Of a stretch of 64,000 bases of DNA, positions 11,501 to 22,548 are shown piece by piece. The DNA comes from Utricularia gibba. Its lineage: Eukaryota; Plantae; Magnoliophyta. The stretch spans positions 3,596,001 through 3,660,000 of the forward strand of contig CM007992.1 of NCBI GenBank assembly GCA_002189035.1, read 5' to 3'. The notes under the pieces are model-generated. The model searched no databases. It saw nothing but the letters and a program-made list of their open reading frames with translations, and was not told where the DNA came from. Made by a program: the position numbers and the translations under genes. Position 1 is the stretch's first letter, and the number at the start of each line of letters is the position of its first letter.

Positions 11501-12838
11501 ATTATCTTGATTTTACAAATTAATGGGCTTATGTAATTTTAGCCCGTTTACAATCGGACTTTTGAAGTCCAACAATGGGCCTGGGATTATCACCGGTGAA
11601 GGCTCATATTTTTAATCACCGTCGCCGGCACCAGTTTCCCTCCACGGCGGGGGTGCTTGTGATGAGCCCCAGTACGGCGAGTGTCTCGATCCGGGCGATT
11701 CAGCTCTCGAAGCATCCGCCGGGGCATCCCTAGTCGCGCCATTGTGTCTACTCCGGATCCGAGCAAGAGGGAGGAGCTATTCGGGATGAAAATGTTCAAC
11801 GGCGTCGGTTCTGGAACCAGGAGGAGGAGTCGGCCACCGGAGACAACGACATCGCGATATTCTGTGGTACTTTCTGGGTCGACCGTTAAGGCATTAGTAT
11901 ATGAAACTACAACATGACCCATTAAATAAACAATGTATCAACCCCCGAAAATTTAGTTAATTTAATTAATTAATTAATGGACTTCTACTGCCAAATAATA
12001 ATGTAGATGACGACCCACATTCATATTATAATATATTATCTGTTTTGAATATATAACATTCACTGTTTTATGTTATTCATTTTTTAGGAAAATATATATA
12101 ATATTAGAAGTATCATTATATTTAAACATATTTATTAATTCGTCTGTAATCAATATAAGATATCGTAATTATTTACATAATATTACATATATACATATAT
12201 ATATGCATATATATATTTTTTGTTCTATGAAAATGATTGAAAGGAGGGGAGGGGGTGACGGGAGATAATAAATAAAAGATGTGGGCGTGGGGGTGAAATA
12301 ATTCCATTCCTACGGGGGTCATTAATCATTTGGGAGGATGGGAGGGGTTTAAATGCAGCGGGTGCACGTGCTCCGTCTCCCAGTCACCACTCACATTCCA
12401 TATCAAATCCTCTTCGCGCACTCAAGAAATGAACAAGACCCATCCTTCACTCCCTTTTGTCGGCTCCCCCTTTCGGATTCCTCGGACCTGTCCGGAAGTC
12501 GGATCCCATGAAACGACACCGTATTCGGAAAGAATAATAATTTCCTGTTACATTTAATATAACTTATTGTAAAATATTTTTCTAGAAATAAAAAATAAAA
12601 TAACTTATTGAAGCGACACCGTATTCAGGAAATCAACTATTTTTTTGTATTTTAAAAAATAATTATTAGTATACAATCTCAAATATACATCAATTTTAAT
12701 TGTATTAAAATTATTGTCACTAGACTGGGAACCGCGGGCCCGCCGTCCACGCCGTCCAGGCCCACCGGCGGCGCCATCTTTACTATAAATACCACCCCTC
12801 CAACGGTCTGCTCTGCTGTAATTTGTTCTTCCGTCGCA

Positions 12839-14089
12839 ATGGATTTCTTGCGCATTTTCCTCGTGCTCTCTCTCTTGTTTCTCTCTGTGCGGCTCACTCT
12901 TCAGCAAAAATTTCCTATAACCAGAGCTCCGGTCTCCCATTCCCTGACCGTTAGGAGGACTGCGGGGGCTGGATTTGATTACAACTACCACTCCTCCTTC
13001 AAGTACTCGATGGCTATGGTTATTTCTCTGCCGATCGGAACGCCGCCGCAGATTCAGAAGATGGTGCTGGATACCGGCAGCCAGTTGTCGTGGATACAGT
13101 GTCACAGGAAATCGCCACCACCCACGACGGCGTTTGATCCTTCGCTGTCGTCTTCGTTCTCGGCGCTCCCATGCAATCACCCCATCTGCAAACCGCAGAT
13201 TCCTGATTTTACGATCCCAACGATGTGTGACCAGGATCGGTTGTGTCACTACTCCTACTTCTACGCCGACGGAATCCTCGCAGAGGGGAATCTTGTCAGA
13301 GAACAATTTACTTTCTCTCCTTCCCGCATCACCCCTCCTCTGATTCTCGGATGCGCTACTCATTCCGGCGACGATGAGGGCATTTTGGGAATGAATCTTG
13401 GTCGGCTGTCGTTTGTTTCTCAGGCGAAGGTTCCGAGATTTTCGTACTGCGTTCCCTCAAAAAATGCGCAGGACAAGACGAGTAATCCCACCGGAACATT
13501 TTTTCTCGGCCCGAATCCGAATTCCAAAAATTTCCGTTATATCAATTTACTGAACTTCCCTGAAAGTCAACATAAACCCAATTTCGACCCGTTGGCGTAC
13601 AACATCGGGCTCGTCGGAATCAGAATCGGCGGAAAGAAGCTGAACATTTCTACGGCGTCGTTCCGTCCCGACGCCAGCGGGTCCGGCCAGACGATGATGG
13701 ACTCCGGAACGCAGTACACCTTCTTGGTGGACACTGCGTACTCTAAGGTCCGGGAGGAAGTGGTGAGGCTTGCCGGCGGGAAGTTGAAGAAAGGTTATGT
13801 TTTCGGCGGGGCATTGGATATGTGCTTCAACGGGAATGCGGCGGAGACCGGGGAGTTAATTGGGCAAATTGCATTTGAATTCGAAAACGGGGTTGAGATC
13901 GTAATCGAGAAGGAGAGAAACCTTGACGACGTCGGTGGCGGCGTCCACTGCGTCGGGATCGGCCGATCCGAGTCTCTCGGCGTGGCGAGTAACATCATCG
14001 GAAACTTCCATCAACAAAATCTGTGGGTGGAGTTTGATCTGAGCAATAGAAGGGTAGGATTTGGGCAAGGAAACTGCAGCAGCTTATAG
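12839..14089 (+). CDS. A1-family aspartic protease, PCS1-like (atypical/nucellin-like group), intronless, 416 aa
   Basis: Signal peptide; both catalytic motifs (DTGS, DSGT); IGTPPQ, GILGMN and IIGNFHQQNLWVEFDL motifs; TATA-like TATAAATA near 12785. Confidence 0.97.
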   Translation: MDFLRIFLVLSLLFLSVRLTLQQKFPITRAPVSHSLTVRRTAGAGFDYNYHSSFKYSMAMVISLPIGTPPQIQKMVLDTGSQLSWIQCHRKSPPPTTAFDPSLSSSFSALPCNHPICKPQIPDFTIPTMCDQDRLCHYSYFYADGILAEGNLVREQFTFSPSRITPPLILGCATHSGDDEGILGMNLGRLSFVSQAKVPRFSYCVPSKNAQDKTSNPTGTFFLGPNPNSKNFRYINLLNFPESQHKPNFDPLAYNIGLVGIRIGGKKLNISTASFRPDASGSGQTMMDSGTQYTFLVDTAYSKVREEVVRLAGGKLKKGYVFGGALDMCFNGNAAETGELIGQIAFEFENGVEIVIEKERNLDDVGGGVHCVGIGRSESLGVASNIIGNFHQQNLWVEFDLSNRRVGFGQGNCSSL

Positions 14090-14318
14090 TTTAGAAACAC
14101 GGGATAACCACCGGAACACGACGCCGGCGGCACTGTGTGCCCCGGACGAGCCTATAGTGTATAGTGTAACTTTTTATCTGATTTCCGGGAGCAAACCAAA
14201 CAGCCCAACTCAAAAGAACACCTTTTTACCAAACTAATTCAATACAATCACTTCTATCAATAATTAAAGAGATCACGACGTTTCATTATCCCCAATCACC
14301 GTCATTTTAAATTTTCGA

Positions 14319-16115
14319 TCATGGCGTATGAGTTTCAGTCTTGGTCAAGGTGCTGACCATTGAAATGTAGGAAGGATAGTCAAGAACAAGCCCTTGTGCG
14401 CTGCGAAGAGCAGAACACAGCTCCTGCTCAAAGCCGAGGCGCCTGCAGTGTCCTTGTAGCATTATATTGTACGTGATATCATCAGGAACAATTCCAAGAT
14501 TCAGCATTGCATTCAACAGCATATCTGCATTTCTCATCTGCCCCTTCTTGCAGTAGCCACTCAGCACAACGTTGTAGGTAACCACAGAGGGCACACGCCC
14601 ATCGTTCTGCATCTCCCTGAGCAGCTTGGATGCGGTCTTGACATCTCCCACCTTACAGAATTCATTCATGATCATTGTATATATCTGATCAGTAGGTTTC
14701 AGGTTAACCTGTAGCATTTCCCTTAACATCTTCTCCGCTTCTGAAGCTCGTCCTTCTCGACACAAACCAGAAATCAGGGCTGTATAGGCAATGTTGTCAA
14801 GTGAAATACCTGCCTTGATCATCCTTTTCCGGAAATCAAAGGCACTCTCTAGATCTCCATCCCTGCAGCAGCCATCTATGAGGGTTGTGAATGTGATTCT
14901 ATCAGGCTTCAAATCCTTTTTAGCCATCTCATGAACAAGGGCCAGTGCTTCCTTTAGATCCCCCTTCTTGCATAAACCATTGATCAACGCATTGTAAGCT
15001 ATCAGATCAGGAACAATACCTTGTGATAGCATTCGTTTATATGTGCCCACGGCTAAGTCAACTCCTCCGGCTTTGCAGTGCCCATCGATCAACGTAGTGA
15101 AAGTGACATTGCTTGGAGTCAATCCATTGTTAATCATCTCAATGAACAGACTGTTAGCATCATCCATCACCCCCTTTTTGCACAACCCATTAATGAGCAC
15201 ACTGTAGGTATAAACATCAGGCTGGACTCCTGTTGTTTCCATGGAGTTCTTGAGTTTAAAGCCTTCTTCCAAGTTTCTCAGTTTAACATAACCGTTTATC
15301 AAAGTATTGAAGCTGACAACACTCGGCCGTAAGCCCCATTTTCCTATTGCATTGAAAATTGATTGTGCAAGTTGAATTTCCTCAGCTTTACAAAACTTGT
15401 GCATCAAAATGTTGAAAAAGTACAAACTTGGGGCATATTTACATTCCAAAATCTCCTGATAAAACTCCCAGCACAACTCAAGAGAATTATGATTCATCAA
15501 ATGTTCAAGTACTTTTCTGCAAGAATCGAATGGGACGTACAGTTTATGCTTTCTGGACAACTTAAAGCACTGAATCGCATCAAGAACAAAGCCTGCGTCT
15601 ACATAAGCGATCATCAATGTGGAAAGAGCACAAATTTCATACCTATGATTACCTCTTGTTTCAAAAATTGCTTCCGAAACCTCATAAGCCGAGTTTTTCC
15701 CTTTTCTGGAAACGAGAATTCCCAACAAATTGTTGGTTTCCACAGTCATTCCGTGAGCGCAAAGAAAGTTAATCATCGTACAGTAAGAGTGGAGGGTATG
15801 TCGGAAAGTGCAGTTCCCTGGAGACGAGAGCCATGAGAAGAAAAAGTAGAGAGATTGCGGGGATAGACCTTGGGGGTTTAAATTGATGAGACTGCAGACA
15901 TGCTCAGGCTTCAAAGAAGGAAGAATATGCTTCAGAGAAGCGTGAAGAGATTTTGTCGGATATTTCTGAATTGCTTGCGAAATAGAATTGATAAAGGAGA
16001 CATCTTCTGGTTGAGAATCGCCGCTTGAAGGCGACAATGTGTACCAGGGCCTTGATTTCGTGGAAGTTGAAAGGGTACGCCATGCCGATGCTCTCGGGAA
16101 GAAGTTCGCCGCCAT
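14319..16115 (-). CDS. P-class pentatricopeptide repeat protein, 598 aa, probably organellar
   Basis: Tandem 35-aa repeats (e.g. PSVVSFNTLINGY, PDVYTYSVLINGLCK, PDLIAYNALINGLCK); Ser/Arg-rich N-terminus; recalled similarity to At1g09680. Confidence 0.96.
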   Translation of the reverse strand: MAANFFPRASAWRTLSTSTKSRPWYTLSPSSGDSQPEDVSFINSISQAIQKYPTKSLHASLKHILPSLKPEHVCSLINLNPQGLSPQSLYFFFSWLSSPGNCTFRHTLHSYCTMINFLCAHGMTVETNNLLGILVSRKGKNSAYEVSEAIFETRGNHRYEICALSTLMIAYVDAGFVLDAIQCFKLSRKHKLYVPFDSCRKVLEHLMNHNSLELCWEFYQEILECKYAPSLYFFNILMHKFCKAEEIQLAQSIFNAIGKWGLRPSVVSFNTLINGYVKLRNLEEGFKLKNSMETTGVQPDVYTYSVLINGLCKKGVMDDANSLFIEMINNGLTPSNVTFTTLIDGHCKAGGVDLAVGTYKRMLSQGIVPDLIAYNALINGLCKKGDLKEALALVHEMAKKDLKPDRITFTTLIDGCCRDGDLESAFDFRKRMIKAGISLDNIAYTALISGLCREGRASEAEKMLREMLQVNLKPTDQIYTMIMNEFCKVGDVKTASKLLREMQNDGRVPSVVTYNVVLSGYCKKGQMRNADMLLNAMLNLGIVPDDITYNIMLQGHCRRLGFEQELCSALRSAQGLVLDYPSYISMVSTLTKTETHTP

Positions 16116-16735
16116 TCACGGCGTCGACGGCGACTTACTCCATTTCAGACAAAGGAGCCCAGTAAAAATGTCTGGCGTATAATGTCCGGCGCATGTTATC
16201 ATCGTCGCTTCCTATTGGGCCTTCTTATGAGTGGGTCGGCCCATAACAAAACCACCATTTATCATTTTGCCCAAATCCTTACAATATCCAAGATGTTGTT
16301 TATAATTTTAAATAAATATTTCGTAATCAGTTTTGTTATCAAATACGAATTAAAAAATATAAAATCATTATTTATTATAAAAAATTACAAAACATGAAGT
16401 TTTATATTATCATAAATACAATTTGAGAATTCCATTTAATGTAATTAAACCAAACAAAATTTTAATTTGAAAGTACTACATTATCATTCATAAAATTCAA
16501 GATCGAATGGATCCAACATTTTATTGAAATCCAAATTTATCCAAAGATGCAACGATGTCATAAAAATTATAAACAAAATAGTTGTTATTATCTGATAATT
16601 CTTTATAAACTTGTGCATTTCACATGGGAGATGATTGTTTATAACATCATCATACTTCAAGAGGCATCTCTGAAACCTTAACAAGGGCATTACAGTCTAC
16701 ACTAAGCCTCTACTGGGGCAAGGAGATCATTCCTT

Positions 16736-17230
16736 TCACTTAGTACGGATTCCCGGCCGCCGGCGGCCAAACTCAGCGGCCACAACTCTCCCTTTTTCCA
16801 GTCTAGCGTACGCTATTCGTTGACTGTCAATCACGTCGCTCGTCGACGAACCGCAGACCGGAACAGGCAAAAACCCCTTCTTAACCTTCATTCCTTCACC
16901 CCTGTTCCTGATCAGCGCCTCAGATTCGACCCGCTTTGGGTTTTTCCGGCAGTGAGAATCCAGCAAGCTCGATATACTCATAAGCTCGAAGCTGTCAAGA
17001 AGAGAACTCTCGCTAGAAGCCCTAGAAACATGGCCCCCTTGTCTGCTTCTCAAAGCTTCAAGCTTATACCTGGAAGGTCTCGGTTCCGTTTTCATCCTCC
17101 GGGCGTCGGATTCCCGGACACCCCAGTCGTCAGCGGTGGATCGATGGTTTAACCAGGCCCATGCAGCTGACTTAGACAACGCCGATTCATCGACGACGGT
17201 GGATAACTTTGCGCCTCTTCTCTCCGCCAT
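16736..17230 (-). CDS. Conserved plant protein of unknown function, 164 aa
   Basis: ATG-initiated ORF with AAWAW, RPSRYKLEA, SLLDSFE and VCG..DV motifs, recalled from an uncharacterised angiosperm family (At1g66190/At5g37550-like). Confidence 0.85.
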   Translation of the reverse strand: MAERRGAKLSTVVDESALSKSAAWAWLNHRSTADDWGVRESDARRMKTEPRPSRYKLEALRSRQGGHVSRASSESSLLDSFELMSISSLLDSHCRKNPKRVESEALIRNRGEGMKVKKGFLPVPVCGSSTSDVIDSQRIAYARLEKGRVVAAEFGRRRPGIRTK

Positions 17231-19244
17231 GATGAAGAACAGAAACTCACGGGATGGAGAAGGAATTCAGTTATAAAGAAGAAGCTCCCTCTCTCCTCCA
17301 CAAACGTGTAGCCCGTGGAGCAGCTTCTTTCCGCTGCCGGCCGGTTTTCAAGGAGGAGTACGGAAACTTTCTGTGGTGTTCCATGAACTCGTTAGGTTAA
17401 GCGATAGGATTCTCTGGCCGTCAAATCAATTTTTTTTAAAAAAAATTAATATTTTATAAATAAAATAATGTAAATATAAATATAGGATTAGGATTTGATG
17501 TGTACTTTGTTTTATTAGCTACTAATTAATCTCATTAATGAGTAGCCTAACCTCTTGTCTCATCCCAAACCTGTAACAAATTATTGGGGTTTGCAAATTC
17601 ACAATTTGGCTTCTTAATTTAGATCCCATGAGTTCGAAAAAGGAATCCTCAATAACAAATGAGAACTCGAAACACGATCTTTTCCGAAATATGTTTTTTT
17701 ATCAATACATATTTTTTTAATTTTTTGATAATAAAAAAATATACATACTTAATTAGATGTTCGTATTGTAGAATAGAATTGATTCTCATAAAATTAGACC
17801 CTATTTGGTTGTGCTATTTATTATTAGAATCGTTTCTAATTTTTTGTTTTTTTATTGAAATAGATTTATATTCTCGATTATAGATAGGAAGTGAGTAAAA
17901 TCATAGTAGAATAATTATATTAATCTTATATTCGATATTTTCTCGATTACAAAAAATATAATTTTTAAAAGTTTAGTGCTTGCTTGGTGTAGATTGATCC
18001 CAAGATGGATGATCACACGTGCAAGACAACTAGTGGATGATAAAAACATAAAATAGTATGAATTAATTATTCAAATCATATAATATCGTATCCGTTATTA
18101 AACTTTTATATCTTTACGTGTACGAACCGCGGTCCAGGACCGACCGTGATGTAGTATGAACGGACCGGAAACATTCAAAAGATCTGTCGCGTCCTATCCG
18201 CAGTCAAAGCTATGACTCATCCCTGCACAATTTTTTTTTATGTGGCATGATGGGGAATATCCATCCAGCCTTATCCCCATAACCAGATTGCCCTCTTCAT
18301 TTCTGTGGATGCCACTGCGCTGCTGTGTATTCCAGAGGAAGATCCCATCAAGCTTTCAAGACTGGAAAATGGATTGTGGGGAAATGGTTGCATTACTTTC
18401 ATCTGTAAGCCCTAATCCCCATTTGTGAGTGGACGAACTGTGCTTCACAGATGCACAGGCGATCAATCACATGGCACCAATTCAAGGGGAGCCTGAGCCA
18501 AACATTGCTGAATATGAATGCTTCCTTCGTCAACGTTTTCTGCATACAAATGCGTTCCCAATTTGACATTTGGGACTGAACATGGAACCCAAAAACACAG
18601 TTGGGAACATAACGAAAGCGCAACCTGGGAGACATTATTGACAATGGTCTGTGGGAAGTGAACGTTTTGCACTAAACCAAGGAATTAGAAGCAAATATTC
18701 ATTCGAATAGGTATCGTTATCCATTGGGGTGTTCACACAACTTTCGGAAGCTTCAGTGTAACTCCCCTACCACGTAAACTAATGGAACTGCTTTCCCCAC
18801 AAAAAAGACAGTTTTTTTTTTTTTGGTTGGGAAAAAATGTTTTCTTTAGCTGAGTCTGAATCCTGGAATTCCAACTTGGGAAAAATAAGGTTTTTTTAAT
18901 GGGTTATTATTACAGGATGATGTGTATTTAATGCATCTACGGATCAACGGTATCCGTGTTGGTTTTGGGTGAAGGAAGGAGACAAGAAGCCCAGATTGTC
19001 TACTGCAAGTGGATGGCGAGCGTCTATCGGACCAGTCAATGCTGACTGCGGTTGACTATTCCTTTCCCTTTTGGATCGTCGTCAATAAGTCAGCGCCAGG
19101 GTTTTGTGGGTGTCTATAAATCTGTTGTTTCCGAAAACGAACAGCGACGAAGGGATGAGATTCTTTCTATGGCAGAAGGTCTGCAACAGAATGAGTGAAG
19201 AGGAATCTTTCGTGATTCTCCAGGTTGAGGAATCTAAAGAAGAA

Positions 19245-20037
19245 ATGAAGGTAGCTACGGCTACGGCTGCGGCTGCGGCTGTTCTCGTTTCCCGTACCGG
19301 AAGAGATTTGCAGCGTTACAATTTCCTCGGCCATCGCCAAGTCGTCGGGTACGATTTCCAAATCATTCGTCAAATCTGCAAAAATCATTTCTTTATAGTT
19401 GACGGATTATGAACTTCATTCAAATGTGTAATTGTTTCTTGGGCCAATGCAGATGCATTCCCTACAGATACAAAAGCAGTCACAGTTCATTATCCTCAAC
19501 AGCAGCCGAGGAAGACATTGAAGTTCTTGTCATCTCTTCACAGAGACCCGGAAAGGGAATGCTGTTCCCTAAGGTACCTGATTACTTCTCCTTTCCGATT
19601 CCAATGAATTCTTCCGGTCAAACTAAAGCTCTCCGTGATCGGATTGGACTCAGGGAGGCTGGGAAACAGACGAGTCCATCGAAACTGCAGCCCTGCGCGA
19701 GACCGTCGAGGAAGCAGGAGTTGTTGGTGAAGTGGGGTGCGTTATCCAGCATGAACCATTCGTCTTCTACATACTTCCATACGCACTGCTTACTCACAGT
19801 AAGGTTACTCCAATCATGCAGGAGGAACTGGGAGACTGGCACTTCAAGAGCAGAACCGATGAGACTCACTACGAAGGCCACATGTTCCCTTTGCTCGTGA
19901 GAGAGGAGCTGGAGATGTGGCCGGAGAAGGGCTGCCGGGAAAGAAGATGGGTCAGTGTGAGTGAAGCAAGAGACGTCTGTCAGTACTGGTGGATGAAGGA
20001 AGCCCTCGATCTCTTCATGAGAAGAATAACGAAATGA
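19245..20037 (+). CDS. Nudix hydrolase, NUDT17/18-like, 4 exons (about 19245-19348, 19453-19573, 19654-about 19736, about 19800/19821-20037)
   Basis: VSRTGRDLQRYN..RQVVGCIPYRY, Nudix box PKGGWETDESIETAALRETVEEAGV, and YEGHMFPL..WPE..WWMKEAL. The start codon (19191 or 19245) and the exon 3/4 junction are uncertain. Confidence 0.9.
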
Positions 20038-20297
20038 AACTTAACCATTTCGGATCCAGCTAGGGATGATACCTTGCAAGTGTACTCATAGCTAACCCTC
20101 GTTTTTAAAGTATTTATGAAAATAAAAAATATTATTTTGAATTTTTATTAATTGGGCCTAAGTGGGCAATTTTTATGACGGGCTTCAAGGCCAGGAAGGG
20201 CCCATAATGATACTTTGCTTAGGGTGCTCATCTTTGGCCGCCTCATTCAACCCCAATATCTTCTCGCGGTCTGTCTTTTCTCGCCGATCGAGATCGG

Positions 20298-20690
20298 ATG
20301 GCTCTGGAATGGGTTGTTGTTGGCTACGCCGCCGCGGCAGAAGCGATTGTGCTGCTCCTGCTGACGCTCCCGGGGCTGGACCCGATCCGTAAGGGGCTCA
20401 TCAGCGTGACGCGGAGCCTTCTGAAGCCGTTCCTGTCCGTGGTGCCCTTTTGCCTCTTCCTGTTGATGGATATCTACTGGAAATACGAGAACCGGCCTAC
20501 CTGTGAGTCCGATTCCTGTTCTCCGTCCGAGTACCTCCGCCACCAGAAATCGGTGATGAAATCGCAGCGAAACGCGCTTCTCATCGCGTCGGCGCTTTTG
20601 TTCTACTGGCTTCTGTACTCGGTTACGGCGCTTGTCGTCAAGGTCGATGTTCTGAATAAGCGGATCGAGAAGCTCAAGTCCCAGGAATGA
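20298..20690 (+). CDS. BAP29/BAP31-like ER membrane protein, intronless, 130 aa
   Basis: MALEWVVVGYAAAAEA start, three hydrophobic segments, KSQRNALLIASAL motif; site II-like TGGGCC/GGCCCA elements at about 20152-20202. Confidence 0.92.
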   Translation: MALEWVVVGYAAAAEAIVLLLLTLPGLDPIRKGLISVTRSLLKPFLSVVPFCLFLLMDIYWKYENRPTCESDSCSPSEYLRHQKSVMKSQRNALLIASALLFYWLLYSVTALVVKVDVLNKRIEKLKSQE

Positions 20691-22548
20691 ATCCAGGGAA
20701 TTAGGGATTTAGGTAACGGATTTGGCTTTCCCAGCGTTTGTCCCGAGTAGATGAACAGGAAAAATCGGTGTGTCGTTGCTGCAATAAACGTTGATGTGCA
20801 TTTCTGTGTTTTCCTCTGGGCTCGAGATCCCCAATCCTAATCCGATTTAGGGCTTTTCCAAACAATAAAATCCCCAAATCAATTGTTTCGAATAAAAAAA
20901 TTGAATCTATAATTACTATTTTCATTTTAAAAATCTATAAATTTAAAATTTTAAAAAATTATAGAATCTACTTAAATTTGTTATCGAATAAAAAAAATGA
21001 ATTTAATTCGTTTTTAAAACAACCACCAGCATTAATGGCAAGTGCTCTATAATAACCTTTGAAATGGACTGGTACCCTCCTTGGATTAGGGGAATAGCCA
21101 TTTGATCAAGAGACCATATTTTATATTGATACTAATATGTCGAATTTGATCAGAAATCCGAAATTAAACGTAATTACGTGGTACAATCTTATAGATAAAA
21201 AGAAGTTAAAATGGTGTGGATTGGATTAGATGGGTGCGTTTTTCCTCTTCTGTTGATCTAATTTGTGCAATTCTAAAGTTTCGGGTACGATTTAGACGAA
21301 GATGAATGCACGGGATCTCATCAAAACTCGAAGTTCATTATGTTTGAATCAGAGTATTTTGATGATAAAAAAATATTAAGGTGGGGTGCGATTGGATTAG
21401 AAGGAAGGTGAAGGGGAGACAGCAGCAGCATTATGCGGAGTGTATAAGTTTGTGGTAAAATAATTGGCAGCAAAATGTTTAATAACCGACAAAAAGCATG
21501 GTGATGGATGCAATTGGGCGGGAGGATACATAAATAGCACGTGACGGACAACTAATGGTGTGAGCCCCACCTCTGTCCACGTCAATAAATGTTTTTCTTA
21601 ATTACATAATTATACCATGCTTTATCATTAATTCGGGGGATGTGGAGGGTCGAGAAGTTGGATCGAAATGGTATTTTTGAGTAATTTTTGGCATATTAAA
21701 TTGTTATGTTCGAAACAATTTCTATTTATGGATAATTATTTCAAAATTAATTTTGTTATAAAAAAAGAGTTTCAAAACAGGAAAACCACATGAATAGCAA
21801 TTAATGTTTGTCTAAATATCATAATTGATCCCAATAAATAGTGTTTTAATCTCTATAATTTCAAAATACATTATTCGAAAATCGAGCAAAAACAATCCCC
21901 ATTCAATTTTGTTATTACCGAATTGCCCATCACCTCGTGACACATGTAATTTTATCAAATTATAAAATAATATGAATTAAGTATATCTTATTTTTAAATA
22001 TTGAAAATCAGTTATAACTATTATTTAAAACATACAAACTAAAATATGTTATAAAATAATTGAAGTAAATATGTTAATGAGGATTAATTATATCATTTTA
22101 TTAAAAACAGTGAATTTATCAAAACATAAGATTCTAATTTATTTTTTTGAGAAGTTATATTAAGTAAAATCCTAAAAATTTATATGATTATGATTCTTGG
22201 AAATCATTCTTTGATAATTACTTGTAATAAAAGTCTCTATGGCTTCTTATTTTAAATGTATACTTTTTGTTGGATAAAAAGTGGTAATAAGATTAATTTT
22301 GGAACGTTCTATAAAAATAGAAACGGTTTGAATAAGAAAAGGAACAGAAAATTGGAATTAAATGGAGGGTGTCATTTGGTTTACATTTGAGTTTTGAGTA
22401 TTAAATGTAATTACAAGGAATCCGGTCCCAAGATAAATACGCTTTTCATCGGATTTTGTTCGGGATGTTACTGCAGAGATTGCCGCAACGGCGCCACTGT
22501 TGAAGCGCAAGATCTGCGCCGGGGATCTCCGGTGAATCGTTCTTGGGA

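Noticed and set aside
12605-13998. Long antisense or alternative-frame ORFs over real genes (also 22358-23582, 56884-57849, 62959-63573)
   Set aside because: Expected shadows of GC-rich coding sequence; no independent motifs.
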